The position numbers and the translations under genes are program-made. Below, piece after piece: positions 11,770-25,169 of a DNA stretch of 64,000 nt. Under the pieces are notes generated by a model. The model searched no databases, was not told where the DNA came from, and saw only the letters and a program-made list of their open reading frames with translations. The DNA comes from Narcine bancroftii (Eukaryota): positions 200,694,001 to 200,758,000 of the forward strand of contig NC_091471.1 in assembly GCF_036971445.1 (NCBI RefSeq). The letters are read 5' to 3'. Each line of letters begins with the position of its first letter. Positions within the stretch are counted from its first letter, which is position 1.

Positions 11770-14700
11770 GGAGTCAGCCCAGTCGGCCTGAAGCTCCCAA
11801 CCTTCTGGACAGTTCGACCCGGCGTGTGGTTCGACCAGGTCGAGGCTCAGTTCCAGAATTGGGGGATCAGAGCGGAGACCATCCGGTACTACCATGTGGT
11901 CAGTGTCCTGGATCCGCAGACTACAGACAGAGTGGCCAAATTTATCCACAGGCCACCATGGAAGGCACTTAACTGGCTTTAAAGAGCTATTAACCGAGAC
12001 ATTCGGACTCTCGCGGAGAGAGACGTTTGCTCCACCTGGATGGGCTTGGAGACAGATCCCCGTTGGCACTCATCAACGAGATGCTGGCCCTCCTGGGAGA
12101 TGAGCAGGCCGGCATCACGTTCAAGTAGGCCTTCCTGGAAAAGATGGCTGAAGACATCCAATTACTCCTGGTGGATGCGGATTTCACCGATCCCAAGAAA
12201 GTCACAGCATGGGCAAACATCCTGTGAAAAGAGAAACAGAAGTGCTCGGCTACCGTGGAGCTCGTAAAGAAGCCCCACAATCGGACCAGAGCAGTCCCAA
12301 GCAAGGAACAGCAGACGAGAGGCAGGAGCAAGTCCAGCGACAGATTGTACTCCTACCACCGGAGATGGGGCACAGAGGCCCGCCGATGCCAGTCCCCCTG
12401 CAAGTTCCAGCGAAACATCAAGGCCAGCCATCTGGCTGTACGTCTGGGACTGCCTGTCCGGCAGATGCCTCCTGGTGAATGCAGGAGCAGAGGTCAGTGT
12501 GATATCCTCGACAGGGATGGACACTAGGCACAGGTTAGCAGGACCCAAGTTGAGGGCTGCCAACTACTGCAGTATACGAACCTATGGCAGTTGTAGGGCC
12601 GAGTTGCAGTTCGGAGGCAGTCACTTCTTGTGTGAGTTCACGCTGGCCACAGTGGAACAACCACTCCTCGGAGTGGATTTCCTGCGAGCCCATAGCCTCC
12701 TAGTGGACCTTAAGGGTAAGTGACTCATCCACACTGAGACCTACCAGACCATTCCACTGAGGGACGCTAGGTTTCCGGCCACAGCTCGGAGGTTGAGTTC
12801 TCCAAGGTGCTAGCGGATTCACGGCAAAACTTTTCCCTCAGTTCACAGCGGAGATGCCTCGACATGCATCAGACATCACATCCCGACCAAGGACCCACCT
12901 CTCCATGCAAGGGCAAGATGACTTACCCCGGAGAAGCTCCGACTGGCCAAGGAAGAGTTCCGCAAGCTCAAGGAGTTGGGTGTTGTTTGACAGTCAGACA
13001 GCCCATGGGCCTTGCCCGTGCACATGGTGCATAAAGCAACTGGGGGCTGAAGACCATGTGGTGACTATCGCCGGCTCAACGAGATCACCACCCTGGACCA
13101 TTACCCATGCCACACATCCAGGATTTTGTGACAAACCTGCACGGGGCAACAATATTCTCAAAAGTGGACCTCTTGCGAGGATATCACCAGATCGTGGTGC
13201 ATCCTGATTACACCCTTAAGACGGCCATCATCACTCCATTTGGGCTGTTCGAGTTCCTGAGGATGCCATTTGGGTTCAAAAATGTGGCACAGACATTCCA
13301 GCGTCTGATGGACGCAGTAGGCAGAGACCTGGACGGCACTTTTGTCTACCTCGATGATATCCTCGTGACAAGTAGAACCCGACTGGAACACCTTCAGCAC
13401 CTCTGAAATCTCTGTAGTTGTCTGCAGGAGTTAGGCCTCACCATCAACCTGGCCAAATGCCAGTTTGGCCTGAACACCATTGACTTCCTGGGCCACAGGA
13501 TTACAAAGGACGGGACCACACCACTGCCTGACAAGGTAGAGGCCATCCACAACTTCCCGAAGCCCAGTACAACCAAAGGTCTGCAGGAGTTTGTGAGGAT
13601 GATAAACGTTTACCACAGGTTTATCCCAACAGCTGCTCGAGTGATGTGCCCTCTGTTCATCCTGATGTCTGGACAAGGAGAAGGACCTGACCTGGTACGA
13701 TGAATCCACATGTGGATTTGTGGAAACCAAAGAAGCCCTGGCCAAAACTGCACTCCTGACCCACCACAGACCAGATGCATCCACGGCCCTCACAGTCGAT
13801 GCCTCAAGAACAGCGATTGGTGGAGACCTGGAGCAGCAGATAGAATAAAGTTGGTACCCACTAGTTTTCTTCAGCAAACATCTGCGGCCCCCTGAACTAA
13901 AGTATAGAGCTTTCGATAGAGAACTGCTGGCGCTGTACTTAGCCATCCGTCATTTCCAGTAGTTTCTTGAGGGAAGGGCTTTCACGGACCACAAACCATT
14001 GACTTTCGCCCTAACTAAAATCTCTGATCCTTGGTCAGCCCATCAAGAGAGACAGTTGTCTTACATCTCGGAGTACACCACCGACGTCAAGCACATCTCG
14101 GGCAAATACAACGTGGTCACGAACGTCTTGTCAAGACATAGCATCCATCCCTGGTCAACAGTCTGGGCTTCACAGCACTGGCAGAGGGACAGCAGCAGGA
14201 CGACGAGATCCCGCAGTACAGGACCACTGTCACAGGCCTTCGGCTTTAGGACGTTCCAGTCGGCACAGGTACTACCACCCTCCTGTGTGTGTTTCAACCT
14301 ATTGTCCCAACGGCATGGAGGCCATGAGTTTTTGACTACATCCACAGGCTGGCACACCCATCCATCAGGACTACGGTTTGGCTGGTGGCCAGCAAGTACG
14401 TATGGCATGGATTGCAGAAACAAGTTTGGGAATGGGCCAAGACGTGTACGCAGTGCCAAACAGCCAAAGTACAGCGACGCACCAAGATCCCCCCCACAGC
14501 CTTTCGAACGAATGGAATGCATGAACACATACATGTGGACATAGTGGGACTCTTGCCAGTCTCTCAGGGTTTCTGCTACCTGTTCACAGTGATCGACCAC
14601 TTCACCCGACAGCCAGAAGCAATCCCCCCGACCGACACATCCACCAGGTCCTGTGCCAAAGCACTTCTCTCGTCCTGGATTGCAAGATTCGGACTGCCAC

Positions 14701-15230
14701 AGCACATCACTTCTGACCGAGGCACACAGTTCACCTCAAGTTTGTGGACTGACACTGCCAAACTGTGGGGCCCTCAGCTACACCATATGACGGCATACCA
14801 CCCGTAAGCCAACGGCATGGTGGAGTGTTTCCACAGGTACCTCAAGACTGCCCTCGTGACCAGTCTCAAGGGCCCCAACTGATGAGCTACCATGGGCACT
14901 ACTGGGCATCCAAACAGCGCCAAAAGAAGACCTCCATGCATCCTCCACTGAACTCGTCTACAGAACCCCACTCACGGTTCCTGGGGATTTCGTTCCACAG
15001 GCCAGAGGACAGCAGGAGGAGACAACTACCTTCCTGGACAGGCTGTGTGAATAGGTCGGTAACCTGGCTCCGATCCCACCCTCCAGACACGGATAAGCCA
15101 AGTCCAACATCCCCAAAAAACGTAAGGACTGTGAGTTCATGTTTGTACATAGAGAACCCCACCATTCATCACTGCAGAAGCCATACGAAGGTCTCTTTCA
15201 AGTCATCCAGAACAACGGAGCCACCTTTGA
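11770..15230 (+). pseudogene. Disrupted gag-pol of the Gypsy element
   Basis: LKLPTFW...WFDQVEAQF (gag); YSYHRRWGTEARRCQSPC (CHCC knuckle); LVNAGAEVSVI (protease); FSKVDLLRGYHQI...YLDD (RT); TVDAS (RNase H); HVDIVG...SDRGTQF (integrase). Many stops and frameshifts. Confidence 0.9.
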
Positions 15231-15964
15231 GTGGGGGGGGGTCATGTGGCGGCCCACTATTGCAGAGATCAGGCCGGCACATTGCACGGCAGCAGATGCG
15301 GACAGAGATCACTAAAGCGACTCCCAGGACAATGAACCGGCGGGGTGAGAAGCTGGGGCAGCATCAGACCAACAGCCCAAAAATGGTGTTGGTCAAGCTG
15401 CTCAGCTAACTCACCAGAAACAGACTGGGGAAGAAGGGCATTCATATGGATGGACGTTCCTGCCCACATTGTTATTTATATGGCTGACTCAGTCAATCAG
15501 CAAAAAATGGCGGGAACTTGAACAGTATAAAAGCAACCTTTCCAGCCCTAATAAGGGAGTGAGGTTAACCTGCCACACTGTGTGTGTGTGTTTCTTTGTA
15601 GTGGTTGGCTACATAGGAAAGACAACAGAATTTTAACTCAAATTAAGCTTTGAGAGTACAACTAGGTATATAAACTGAGAAAAGATCATTTCAGGAGCAT
15701 GGGCATGAAATTCTTCACAAAATGATCTGGAATAAACTTTCAAATCGAGTGGTGGAGACAAAATGTCTAGAAGAATTAAACAAAAATTTCGAGATCATTG
15801 GATGCATGAATTAAGATGGGCTGAATAGTTTTTATTCATTTATGTGAAAGAAAATAATTCCTGAAAAATGAATTGCTTTTCCTTTCCAATAGCAACCTGA
15901 CATACAGCTTCCAGTCATTTTCCCAGATTTTATTCAGAATTTATCAGTGAAAATAATCATAGAT

Positions 15965-16155
15965 CAGCCATTCTTGACCTTTTTTTTTGGCTATGCCATC
16001 CTTAAGATTCGACTCAAAGTTCCTGTGAAGAGGTCGTTTAGTTGTTCTCTTCTGTACTCTCTCCTACCAACTACATTAAAAAAAATATTTTGATTTCAGT
16101 CCATGGTCACCATTAAATGTGCTGTGTCTCCATGGCCCCCCGTCAAGAATGGCAG
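15965..16155. mobile_element. hAT-type MITE (CAGCCATTCT TIR)
   Basis: Starts CAGCCATTCTTGAC and ends GTCAAGAATGGCAG; interior matches 32747-32955 in the opposite orientation; TSD is degraded. Confidence 0.65.
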
Positions 16156-17225
16156 CTACAGATGACCACTCCCCAATTCTTACATGTTTGGAAAATAATA
16201 GGTTTTCTGTGTGTATCAAGTCTACAATAGAGACAGCAGTAAGTATTTGAAATGTGTTTCATTTCATCCTATTGGTTATACTTCAAATGTGATCACGTAA
16301 TTATGGTTACCAATTTAAATTGTTGTTACCAGATCCCTACTAGTTGCTAATTTCTGTTACCAATAATGATGTTTAATTATTGCTATGTCCTGTTGTAAGA
16401 GATCAGTAACACTGATCATTGTGAGAGATCAGTATCACTGATCTAAAAGAGAAGTGAGGATTGTGAGAGATGAGGAAACTTGACAGAAAATATGAAAGAT
16501 GGGGAAACTAGTGCAGACATGTGGAGTGATGGATTAAACCAGTATGAACAGGCTAAGCATGGAAATTAGAATGCAGGAAGCAGAGTCAGCCTCTGTAAGA
16601 TAAGAATCTTCTAGTCTTTTAGAAACAGCACATAGGCAGGCAGGATTACCTAATGCCAAACCTCTCCAGGAGGCAGAAGAATGTAAGGGGGAGGGTATTC
16701 CTATACTGAAATGAACTGCATAAAAGTTGGGTGAGCCCCAGTGTATATGTGTATTCCCATGGTAAGGGGAAGGACCAAACTTTGCATTGTTGTTTAATAA
16801 ATGTTCTTTGTTCTCAATTTTTGTCTCGAGCAATTTCTGTGAAGATACATCTATTTCTAACACTGTGAAATCACCAAATTTAGTATCCCCAAGTAAGGTG
16901 GCCAGCATTTTCTTTCACAGGCCCTTGAAATTGAGGTAAACCTGGCACTTTAATGAAACAGAAGCGGCATTTCAGGGATCATAGCAATAAGCTTTCAAAG
17001 ATTGCCAAGGCAGATCTAATTTTGGAGTGAAAAAATTACTTTAAAAATAATTATATTGACATGTACCTGATTTAAAATCAGACTCGCTCGAAAAGGAGAC
17101 AAGTGAACTCAATCATTCTGCCAAAATGATTGAAGGTTAAAAAGGTTTATTCAAATCAAACCAACAAGTAAAATACTAAACACGCCAAATTTAATTGAGT
17201 GCAGCTAAAAATCTGCAGATGCTGG

Positions 17226-17508
17226 CATTCCGGACGCATACTTATCTTTGTTGGAAATGGTGCCAGCTGTGGCAATGCGATGCGCGGGTGTGTTAAGCGT
17301 CAGTATACAGGTGATGAGAGTGAGAGGGTCAGGAGTGTCACTGAGCCAATGAGAATCTCAGAGGAGTCGGGTGGTGTTTGGGGAGTTGAAAAATGCAATG
17401 TTGTGTCTAGTGAATAATAAAAGAAAGCCGACTTCATGGTGTGCTGGAAAAAACAAGTGAGTGCATTCTTTATTTGTTTGTAAGCTGTAGTAAATCAGTG
17501 CCAATACA
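17226..17508 (+). mobile_element. Probable solo LTR (283 bp), TSD CTGG
   Basis: Splits the repeat motif ctgcagatgctgg|aaatcc with CTGG duplicated; internal AATAAA; ends ACA, but the 5' TG is absent. Confidence 0.5.
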
Positions 17509-17649
17509 CTGGAAATCCACAAGAGTAATAGAAAGTCACAAAACCTTTAGAAGCATTCAGTAGGTCAAGAGGCATGCAAGGGAAGGAAAATAGCCATAAT
17601 TTCATGTTAAGAATCCTTCATCAGAACTATTTAATAATATTTAATTTAG

Positions 17650-18832
17650 TTAGATTTCAGATTTATTGTCAGAGTACATACATCACATACAACCCTGAGA
17701 TTCTTTTTTTTACAGTGGGTGAAGCAGAATTACCACACTGGTAGTAAAAGAAAAAAAAAGTACGCAATACCCACATGTAAATAAATAAAGAAATGTAAAT
17801 GAACTGTGTGTATGGAGGGCCATCGCCTTCCCAAGATCGTGTTATATGGCGAGCTCTCCACTGGCCACCGTGACAGAGGTGCACCAAAGAAAAGGTACAA
17901 GGACTGCCTAAAGAAATCTCTTGGTGCCTGCCACATTGACCACCGCCAGTGGGCTGATAACGCCTCAAACCGTGCATCTTGGCGCCTCACAGTTTGGCGG
18001 GCAGCAACCTCCTTTGAAGAAGACCGCAGAGCCTACCTCACTGACAAAAGGCAAAGGAGGAAAAACCCAACACCCAACCCCAACCAACCAATTTTCCCCT
18101 GCAACCGCTGCAATCGTGTCTGCCTGTCCCGCATCGGACTTGTCAGCCACAAAAGAGCCTGCAGCTGACGTGGACTTTTTACCCCCTCCATAAATCTTCG
18201 TCCGCGAAGCCAAGCCAAAGAAGACAAGACAGAGAAAAAAAAAACAATCAATTAAGTGAAAAAGTGAGAGTCCTTAAATGAGTCCTGATTTAGTTTATTC
18301 TTAAGGAGTCTGATGGTAGAAGGATAGCAGCTGTTCCTGAACCTGAAGATGCGAGTCCTGTGGCATCTATAGCTCTTTCCTGATAGTAGCAGTGAGAACA
18401 GTGTGTGTGCCAGGTGATGTGGATCTTTGATAACTGCTGCTGCTCTGAGTCAGCGTTTCCTGAAGATGTTTTCGATGGTGGGGAGGGTTTTTCCTGTGAT
18501 GTCCTGTGCTCGGTCTACTATCCTTTGCGGGGCTTTTCACTCCTGATTATTGGTGTCCCTATACCAGACTGTGATGCAGCCAATCAGAACTTTAATACTG
18601 TCTTCCAATCTGTTAGCAATTTACCATGGGTTATTAAAGTGCAGTGTTCGCAAATTGCTACACATCTGTAGAAATTTGCCAGAGTTTCTGATGTCATATC
18701 AAACCTCCGCAAACTCCTGAGGAAGTAGAGACGATGACATGTTTTTTTCACAATGCCATTAATATGTTGGGTCCAGGAAAAAACTTTCGAGATAGGGACT
18801 CCCAAGAATTTAAATCCGCTCACCCTCTCCTG
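17650..18832 (-). mobile_element. Rex1/Babar LINE 3' fragment interrupted by an RTE
   Basis: FKFLGVPIS...RLYFLRSLRRF...LANFYRC on the minus strand; 3' UTR shared with 44785-45425. Confidence 0.8.
17812..18224 (+). mobile_element. RTE-clade LINE 3' end, young-looking
   Basis: Open frame MEGHRLPKIVLYGEL...RGAPKKRYKDCLK...CNRCNRVCLSRIGLVSHKRAC; CpG-rich; short 3' UTR. Confidence 0.9.
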
Positions 18833-18961
18833 AAGTTGAACTTGAAGTTATGGCTTCAGTTTCAACTTCCTGAAGAAAATAAACACAATAATTCAAACTG
18901 ATTGCAAGTAAGAACATAAAAAACAGGAACAGGAGTAAAACTATCCTCCTCCATGAGGCTT

Positions 18962-19270
18962 GGGGCAGCACAGTGGTGTCAGTAATGAAGCTGCTGGCCC
19001 ATCTCTCCTGCAGCCTGGGTTCAATTCTGGCCACTGGTGCAACCTTTGTGGAGCCTGCATATTCCTTTCGTGACTATATTGTTTTTTCTCCAATATCCCA
19101 AAGAGTTGAAGATTGGTAGCTAATTTGCCAATGTAAATTATCTACAAAGGTGAGGGGCAGAATCTAAGGCAGAATTGATAGGAATAAGGGGAGAATAGGA
19201 TCAGGGGAAAATAATTAGTATGGAAAAGGAATTGCTCTGTGAGCCAGCATATACCCAATGGTCCAACGTT
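18962..19270 (+). mobile_element. tRNA-derived (HE1-like) SINE
   Basis: GGGGCAGCACAGTGG head, GGTTCAATTC B-box, followed by the tcccaaaga...gttaattg-type core. Confidence 0.65.
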
Positions 19271-20177
19271 GTAAGAGAAATTTGGAATGATAAGATGAAG
19301 TGCCTCTTGAATCTGCTGTGTAATTCAATAACATCACTGCTGATTCAATCTTGGCCTCAACATGACTTTCCCACTCTCTCCTCAAAGCACCTTGTAAACT
19401 TAATGCCTGTCAATATCCACCTCGAATGGATCCAATGATCTCGAGAGCTCAGGGGTACAAAAATCTAAAGATTCATGACCAGAGAAGAAATTCCTTCTCA
19501 TCTCTATTTGAATATGCAACCCCTTATATCAAATCTATATCCCCTGTTTAAGATACCTCTGGTAGGGAAAACAGTTTCTCATTAACCCCCTCAGAATCAT
19601 GTAGGTTACAATAAAGATTACCGCTCATCCTTCGACACTAAAAGGAGGATAGCCCCAACTTGCTCAACCTTGCTTCACATGTTACTCCTTTGATCCCATG
19701 AATTAATTCTTCTGTCTCTCATGCAAATACATCCTTCCTCATATATATAGAAAACTAAACTGTGTGCAATCTCAAGGAGTAGTTTCATTTATGCCTCATA
19801 AAGTTGCATCAAAACTATTTTGTACATTGTGATCCATGTAATAAAGATCAACGAGTAATTTAGAAATAAGTTATGACAACAGTTGGCAACAATAAAAGTA
19901 ATGCAATCATATATACTTGGTTCTGCTGTTTGGCTCATACTGAAGAATTTGATTTTATTTTTCAAGAAATGTTTGGCTATTACCTGGAAATCTGATTCGG
20001 CTTTGGGAATGCAAATTTCATTTCAGTATCCTTCTTGAAAATATTACATATAATTTAAGCGATAAATACCATTTTATAAAAAAAAGTATGGAGCCCATAT
20101 TTGAAAATTCTTGGTTTGAAGATTTGAGCTTTCAATCCGTTCCGGTGAGATTTCTTGGTTTCACAGCCGAGTAGTTG

Positions 20178-20180
<3 letters not shown>

Positions 20181-20214
<34 letters not shown>
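20181..20214. repeat. (TA)17 microsatellite within an L1-like 3' fragment (~19890-20400)
   Basis: Direct reading; the adjacent CLAITWKSD motif resembles the AVTWKSD motif of the L1-like fragment near 59700. Confidence 0.9.
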
Positions 20215-20217
<3 letters not shown>

Positions 20218-20649
20218 GATGATCTCCTTTTCTTCTTTATTTCTTAGCGGGTAGATACAGGGGAAGGAGGGTGGGTATTAGTGGGGAGGGAGAGGGAGGT
20301 TGTTTTTTCTTTTGCTATTGTCACATATTTTTCTGTTTACAAATTTTTCTTACAATTGATGTTATTGTGGTTTTAAAATAAAGTATTCAAAATAAAATTC
20401 TTATGCTTTTGTAAGCAAAGATATAGTAATAGTATAAGAATGCATGATAACTTCACAGAATTTTGACCGAGTTGGTCTTCTGACAACAGATTTGCTAAAT
20501 TTACAAAAGATGGGTTCAGGACAAATGGTACAGAAAGTGCACCCGTGACATTTTTATTCCTCTAGTTTCAATCATGTATTTTATTCAGTGAGCTGGAAAT
20601 ACATTGCTCTGCAACCATGGAGTAAAACAATCAACTGGAATCAACTCAC

Positions 20650-20701
20650 CTCAGGTGGTGGCTCCTGATCATTTCTCCACGATGCATCTGAACCTTTTTC
20701 T
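20650..20701 (-). CDS. NAF1: NAF1 internal coding exon (52 nt)
   Basis: acacag|A GAA AAA GGT TCA GAT GCA TCG TGG AGA AAT GAT CAG GAG CCA CCA CCT GAG|gtgagt gives (R)EKGSDASWRNDQEPPPE, the conserved KGSDAS motif. Its phase-2 start completes the CG left by the previous exon. Confidence 0.96.
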
Positions 20702-21454
20702 CTGTGTTTCAAACAAAAATTCAATTATTAAAAATGTTGTGTGCTAAACTATTCATTTTATTTTTGACAGGGCTAAAATTAAATAAAGATTTGCATTGAT
20801 GAAGTGCCTAGTCAAATGCAAAGATATACCAAAGCATTTTCAATCAAAACAACCAATTAATTCCAACATGTAATAATCATTATGATGTCGATAAAAACAG
20901 GTTTAGGAAAATAATATTTACAGAGATTTTGGGAATGCACAAGATTTTACAATGAATGCTGTTGAATTAAGAGTTCACAATTCCTTCGGAATTGCTAAAT
21001 GCTTGCTAAAATAATGAGGTAGGATATCAAAATTTTATAACTGTGGCACAAAACATAAACACAGCTAAAATAAACCAAAGGCCTGCTGCTATCCTAGAAG
21101 ATTAAACTAGGCTTCTCTAGAAATACATTTTTAAGATATTCCCAATTATGCAGAAAAATTAGTATCTGATAAAATACTCCTTCCAAATTGAACTTTGAAA
21201 GAAAAAAGCCTTGCTTGTAATTAAGATATTATCCATGTGGAGTAATGGGTGTTGCCAGCATAAATCTTTATTTCCTAGCATCTTTAAGTGATTTTTTTTA
21301 GTTCAAAAACTGCAATTCCTTGGTTTGCATAAAATCAAATGCACAGATTGTTTTTCCCCAGAAGTTAGTAAACAGTTTATAACATTTTGGAACACAAAAT
21401 GATTCAATGATCAATGACATTTGTATTATGACCAAGATATTTACAAAGAATTTA

Positions 21455-21703
21455 AATTTAGACATACAGCATGGTAACAGGCCATTTTAGCCCACGACCC
21501 CATGCCACCCAAAAACACCAATTAACCAAAAAAACCCCAATATGTTTTGAATGGTGGGAGCAACCCAGAGCCCATGGGAAAAACCCACACAAATACAGAG
21601 AGATCATATCAACTCCTTACAGTCAGCACTGGATTTGAACCCAGATACTGATTGGTGGTGCTGTAACAGTGATGAGCTAACTGCTACGCTAACCATACCA
21701 CCC
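21455..21703 (-). mobile_element. tRNA-derived SINE (family also at 42876, 52500, 45828)
   Basis: Reverse complement starts GGGTGGTATGGTTAGCGTAGC, has a GGTTCAAATCC B-box, and ends ctgtatgtctaaatt. Confidence 0.75.
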
Positions 21704-24700
21704 AAAATGATGAAGAGAACACAAGTTTATTATATGCCATAAAACTTGCGTTCACTAATATGACTGTTTTCAGAATCATATAGGATACATCATAAAGGAG
21801 ATCATTTGGCTGAGCAAGTTTATATTGTTAATACACAAGAGCAGTTCAGTTACTCTCACTCTCCCAAATATCCTGTGAAAAAATTCCTTCTTTCCTCTTC
21901 TCACTGTGGTTTTTCAGAAATAGTTTTGTTCCTGCTTATTTTGACTGCAACCGTGATGTAGAGTCTGCCAGTCGACAGATTTGGTGATGCTTCAGTACTC
22001 ATACAGAGAATTTTTAATTTAGGTTCCACAGAAATAATAGAAGCAGGTTATTTAGCTCGATTAGTTTTAAGCCTGACTTCTTCCACAATTTTTCTATCCC
22101 TTACTACATATGCACTTGTCAATTTGTCTCCTTATCTACATGTATATAATTTATTCAATTACCCTGAGATGGTACTACAGTAGGGACTACTTGTCGTCAT
22201 ATCGTTCTCGAAATAATTAAGAGCCATGCATTCATTTAAAAGCAAATGTGCCACAGAGTAAAATCAGCTTTACATTGCTTATTTGCTATCCTCTTTAGGG
22301 GCAAAATGATCTTTCCATGCATGGGGGCCATAGCTTCCACACACTGCTGTAGCAGTAAATCAGCTACCCAGTTTTCACCAGACTGACTGCTCGAAGTCAC
22401 CAGTGGCGGTTAAGAACTCCAGTGAAAAACAAAACTGAAGGACTTAGAATTTGTAGGTATTCAAAATAAATGCGGCATTTCAAAAGTGTTACAAATATAA
22501 AAAAAATAGAAGATTATGCAGTATGAACAGTTTTTAAATAAAAACTTTTCTTAACCACCTCTAGGTGTTATTATTCTCCACTTAAGAGCTCCATGGTCTT
22601 ACAAACAACAAAGAAGTAGTTTTTCAGATGATTCTCTTCTAATCACATGCTTCAGTGAACAATTAAAATAAAATATTGCCGCCTGTCCAACTTTGGCATT
22701 TTAAAACTAGCAGTTATTTAGATTGGATGCCAGGTAGTGATTTCCAGGAACCTGACCAAGGTATTTAAATGAATAAATCAGTCTTTCTCACTTCCCTGCC
22801 AAAGTTATAAACCATTTGTTAATAGGTTGATATTTATCTTCCAAGAAGAACCCAGAAATTGATGCACATATGCCACTAGACTGGAATTAAATCAAACAAT
22901 TGTCAGCATAAAAGCAATATTTGTTGCTGCTGCCCTCAGGTCTCTTAACAAGATCTCTTGTTAATATTAGTGACTTTCCACTGGAAGGATTACTATGAGA
23001 ATTATATTAATACAGAGATTAAATTTTACAGGACTTTATTTGTCCAGGTTCTGCTATCATAGAAAACTGAACATAGAGTGAATTTCCCCACTGTGTTTTT
23101 GCGTACAAGGACACATGATCCCAGTTTCAAAATACCTCCTACAAACAGCAATCAAGCAATAAACAAGTCTGATCCAACCAGATATGGTAAAACATCATGT
23201 TTCTTTATTTCCTTCCTCATTGCCAAGTGTGCCCAGCACCCTTTCCCCACAATCAAGTCATGTACCACATTTTTCCTGGAAAGGTGTGAAATAGTATCCC
23301 ATTATCAACTGCAGTTTATTTTAATGATGGCCACCAAAAGCTCTAACTTTCAGTGTTCATATCAACGTGGGACATGACTTAAGTGCTGGCGGTTGATATT
23401 TTGATTCAGGATGACTAGCAGGAAATGTGATGTGAAATAACAATGTAATTACTCTATTTAATGAAATGACAATAGCATCCGTCTAATTTCAATGATATAA
23501 AGAGAATAATAATTAACTGAGCATAATTAAGCTGTGCCAAACAATCTTTTAAAAATTAGGACTTTTATGAAAATAAAAGTAAATGCTCACATTTGCTACA
23601 ATTCTTCTAGTGTCAAACCCCATAACCCTACCACTTTTCACCAAATGCGAGCACATTTCACTCCAGTTAACGTTTTAAAGTTTTTTTTTCAAGATTGTGT
23701 GCTGCACACAAGATAGGTAGATTGTCTCCCTTCCAAAAAAAATCAGTGCTGAGGTAAGTACAAAAAATGCAATGAAGGTAATTAATAAAGAAAAATAAAG
23801 ATTTATATGTAAATGTTGTAATAAATGTAAAAAGGGGTATCAAAACTGTTACGTCATAGACCAGCAATAGAAATTCACCAAGATGATGTTATTTTTAATA
23901 TTTTTATTAATAATTACTCATAATATTGTGTGTGTGTGTGTGTGTGTCCCAAACCATTACACCTTGCGCACAATTCTGCAAAGACAATTCCCAAAGTCTG
24001 AGAAATCTTGTGTTCAAACTCAAGACTTTTAAACTGAGGCTCAGAAGTCATTACGAAGTAAGTGAGACACTGAGTGATCAGACAGCTCAAAACTCACATA
24101 TCCTTGTCAAGTTGCTTCCAGAGAAATGTTCGAATGATTGTCACAACTCCCCTCTTCCTTGCACAAAGTAAATTAAATGTGTGACTTACACGATGCTTCC
24201 AAAAACCCAGACAAAATGACCATCAGAATGATCACGATCCAAATTGAAACAATTCTCCTGCTTCCTTTACCCAGATGTGGGTCAATCAAAAATGACCATT
24301 ACAATGGTCACAGTGGATCACTGTTTCCCCTGACAAGGAAAAACAGCAAAAGTGTCCACTTCAGAGTTCTTTCACTTCTGTGACTTTCGATGACTTGCTA
24401 AATGATACTCAATGCAGCTTCTTCAAGTGTCTCAAACACATGAATCATGATCGTTTAACCTGTAAATGTCCAACCTAGTTTTTCTTGTATAAACAATCAT
24501 TGTTCTTTCCTGTTCTTCCATTAAGTTTGTTCCTGGTTTGAACTGGATGGTGCCCAGCTGGCTGGAAAATGTCATAAACCCTGTGAGTGTTTTGCACCCT
24601 GAACCAACCCGCAACTTAACATTCACTAAAAAAGGGAAGCTTGCCACAAAAGGAAGCTTTCATATCAGAATCACATTGATGTCACTTGTAAACATGGGCT

Positions 24701-25169
24701 GTGAAGCCAACACAATGCCCAATAAACTGAACAATGGAGAATATGGATGAAGACATGTAATGGGGATTTGGAAATACTATAATATGCTAGATTGAAATTA
24801 GTTATAGTTATTGCCTACCATTAGTGATTTTTCTTCTCATTAAAGTGACAAAATCCAAATCACTGAAAATTAATACATTTTGAGAGGTTCTTGAATGTTA
24901 GGACAGGCATGTTTGTATAATGAAGTGGATATCCTCAAGATATTTTGAAGCATCAATGCTTATATTAACACTTCACGTCTTCTACAGAAGAACCAATAAA
25001 TAATTCACTTTTCCATAAACACTGAGACAAAAAATGAATGCAAAATATGTGCAGCATTCTAAGTACTCTAAAAACTTGAATTCATTACATCCTCATCATC
25101 AGTGTTGATTCTCAAAATGATGGATTCACTCTTTAGAGCCCAATGACCTCAGCAAGTTGGTTATCATGA

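Larger units (their letters stand above)
11374..15613 (+). mobile_element. Near full-length decayed Ty3/Gypsy LTR retrotransposon, CsRn1/Kabuki-like
   Basis: LTRs at 11374-11722 and 15245-15613 (TG...CA); flanks TAGA/TAGG; PBS; G-run PPT before 15245; gag, PR, RT (YLDD), RNase H and IN remnants in Gypsy order. Confidence 0.95.

Noticed and set aside
16534-16908. 124-aa ORF on the NAF1 strand as a possible alternative exon
   Set aside because: No similarity to NAF1 or any protein I recognise, and no convincing splice acceptor.
25081-25115. TDDED-coding stretch as a candidate for the next NAF1 exon (DFSDDE)
   Set aside because: Wrong order relative to the 52-nt exon, poor match and no splice sites.
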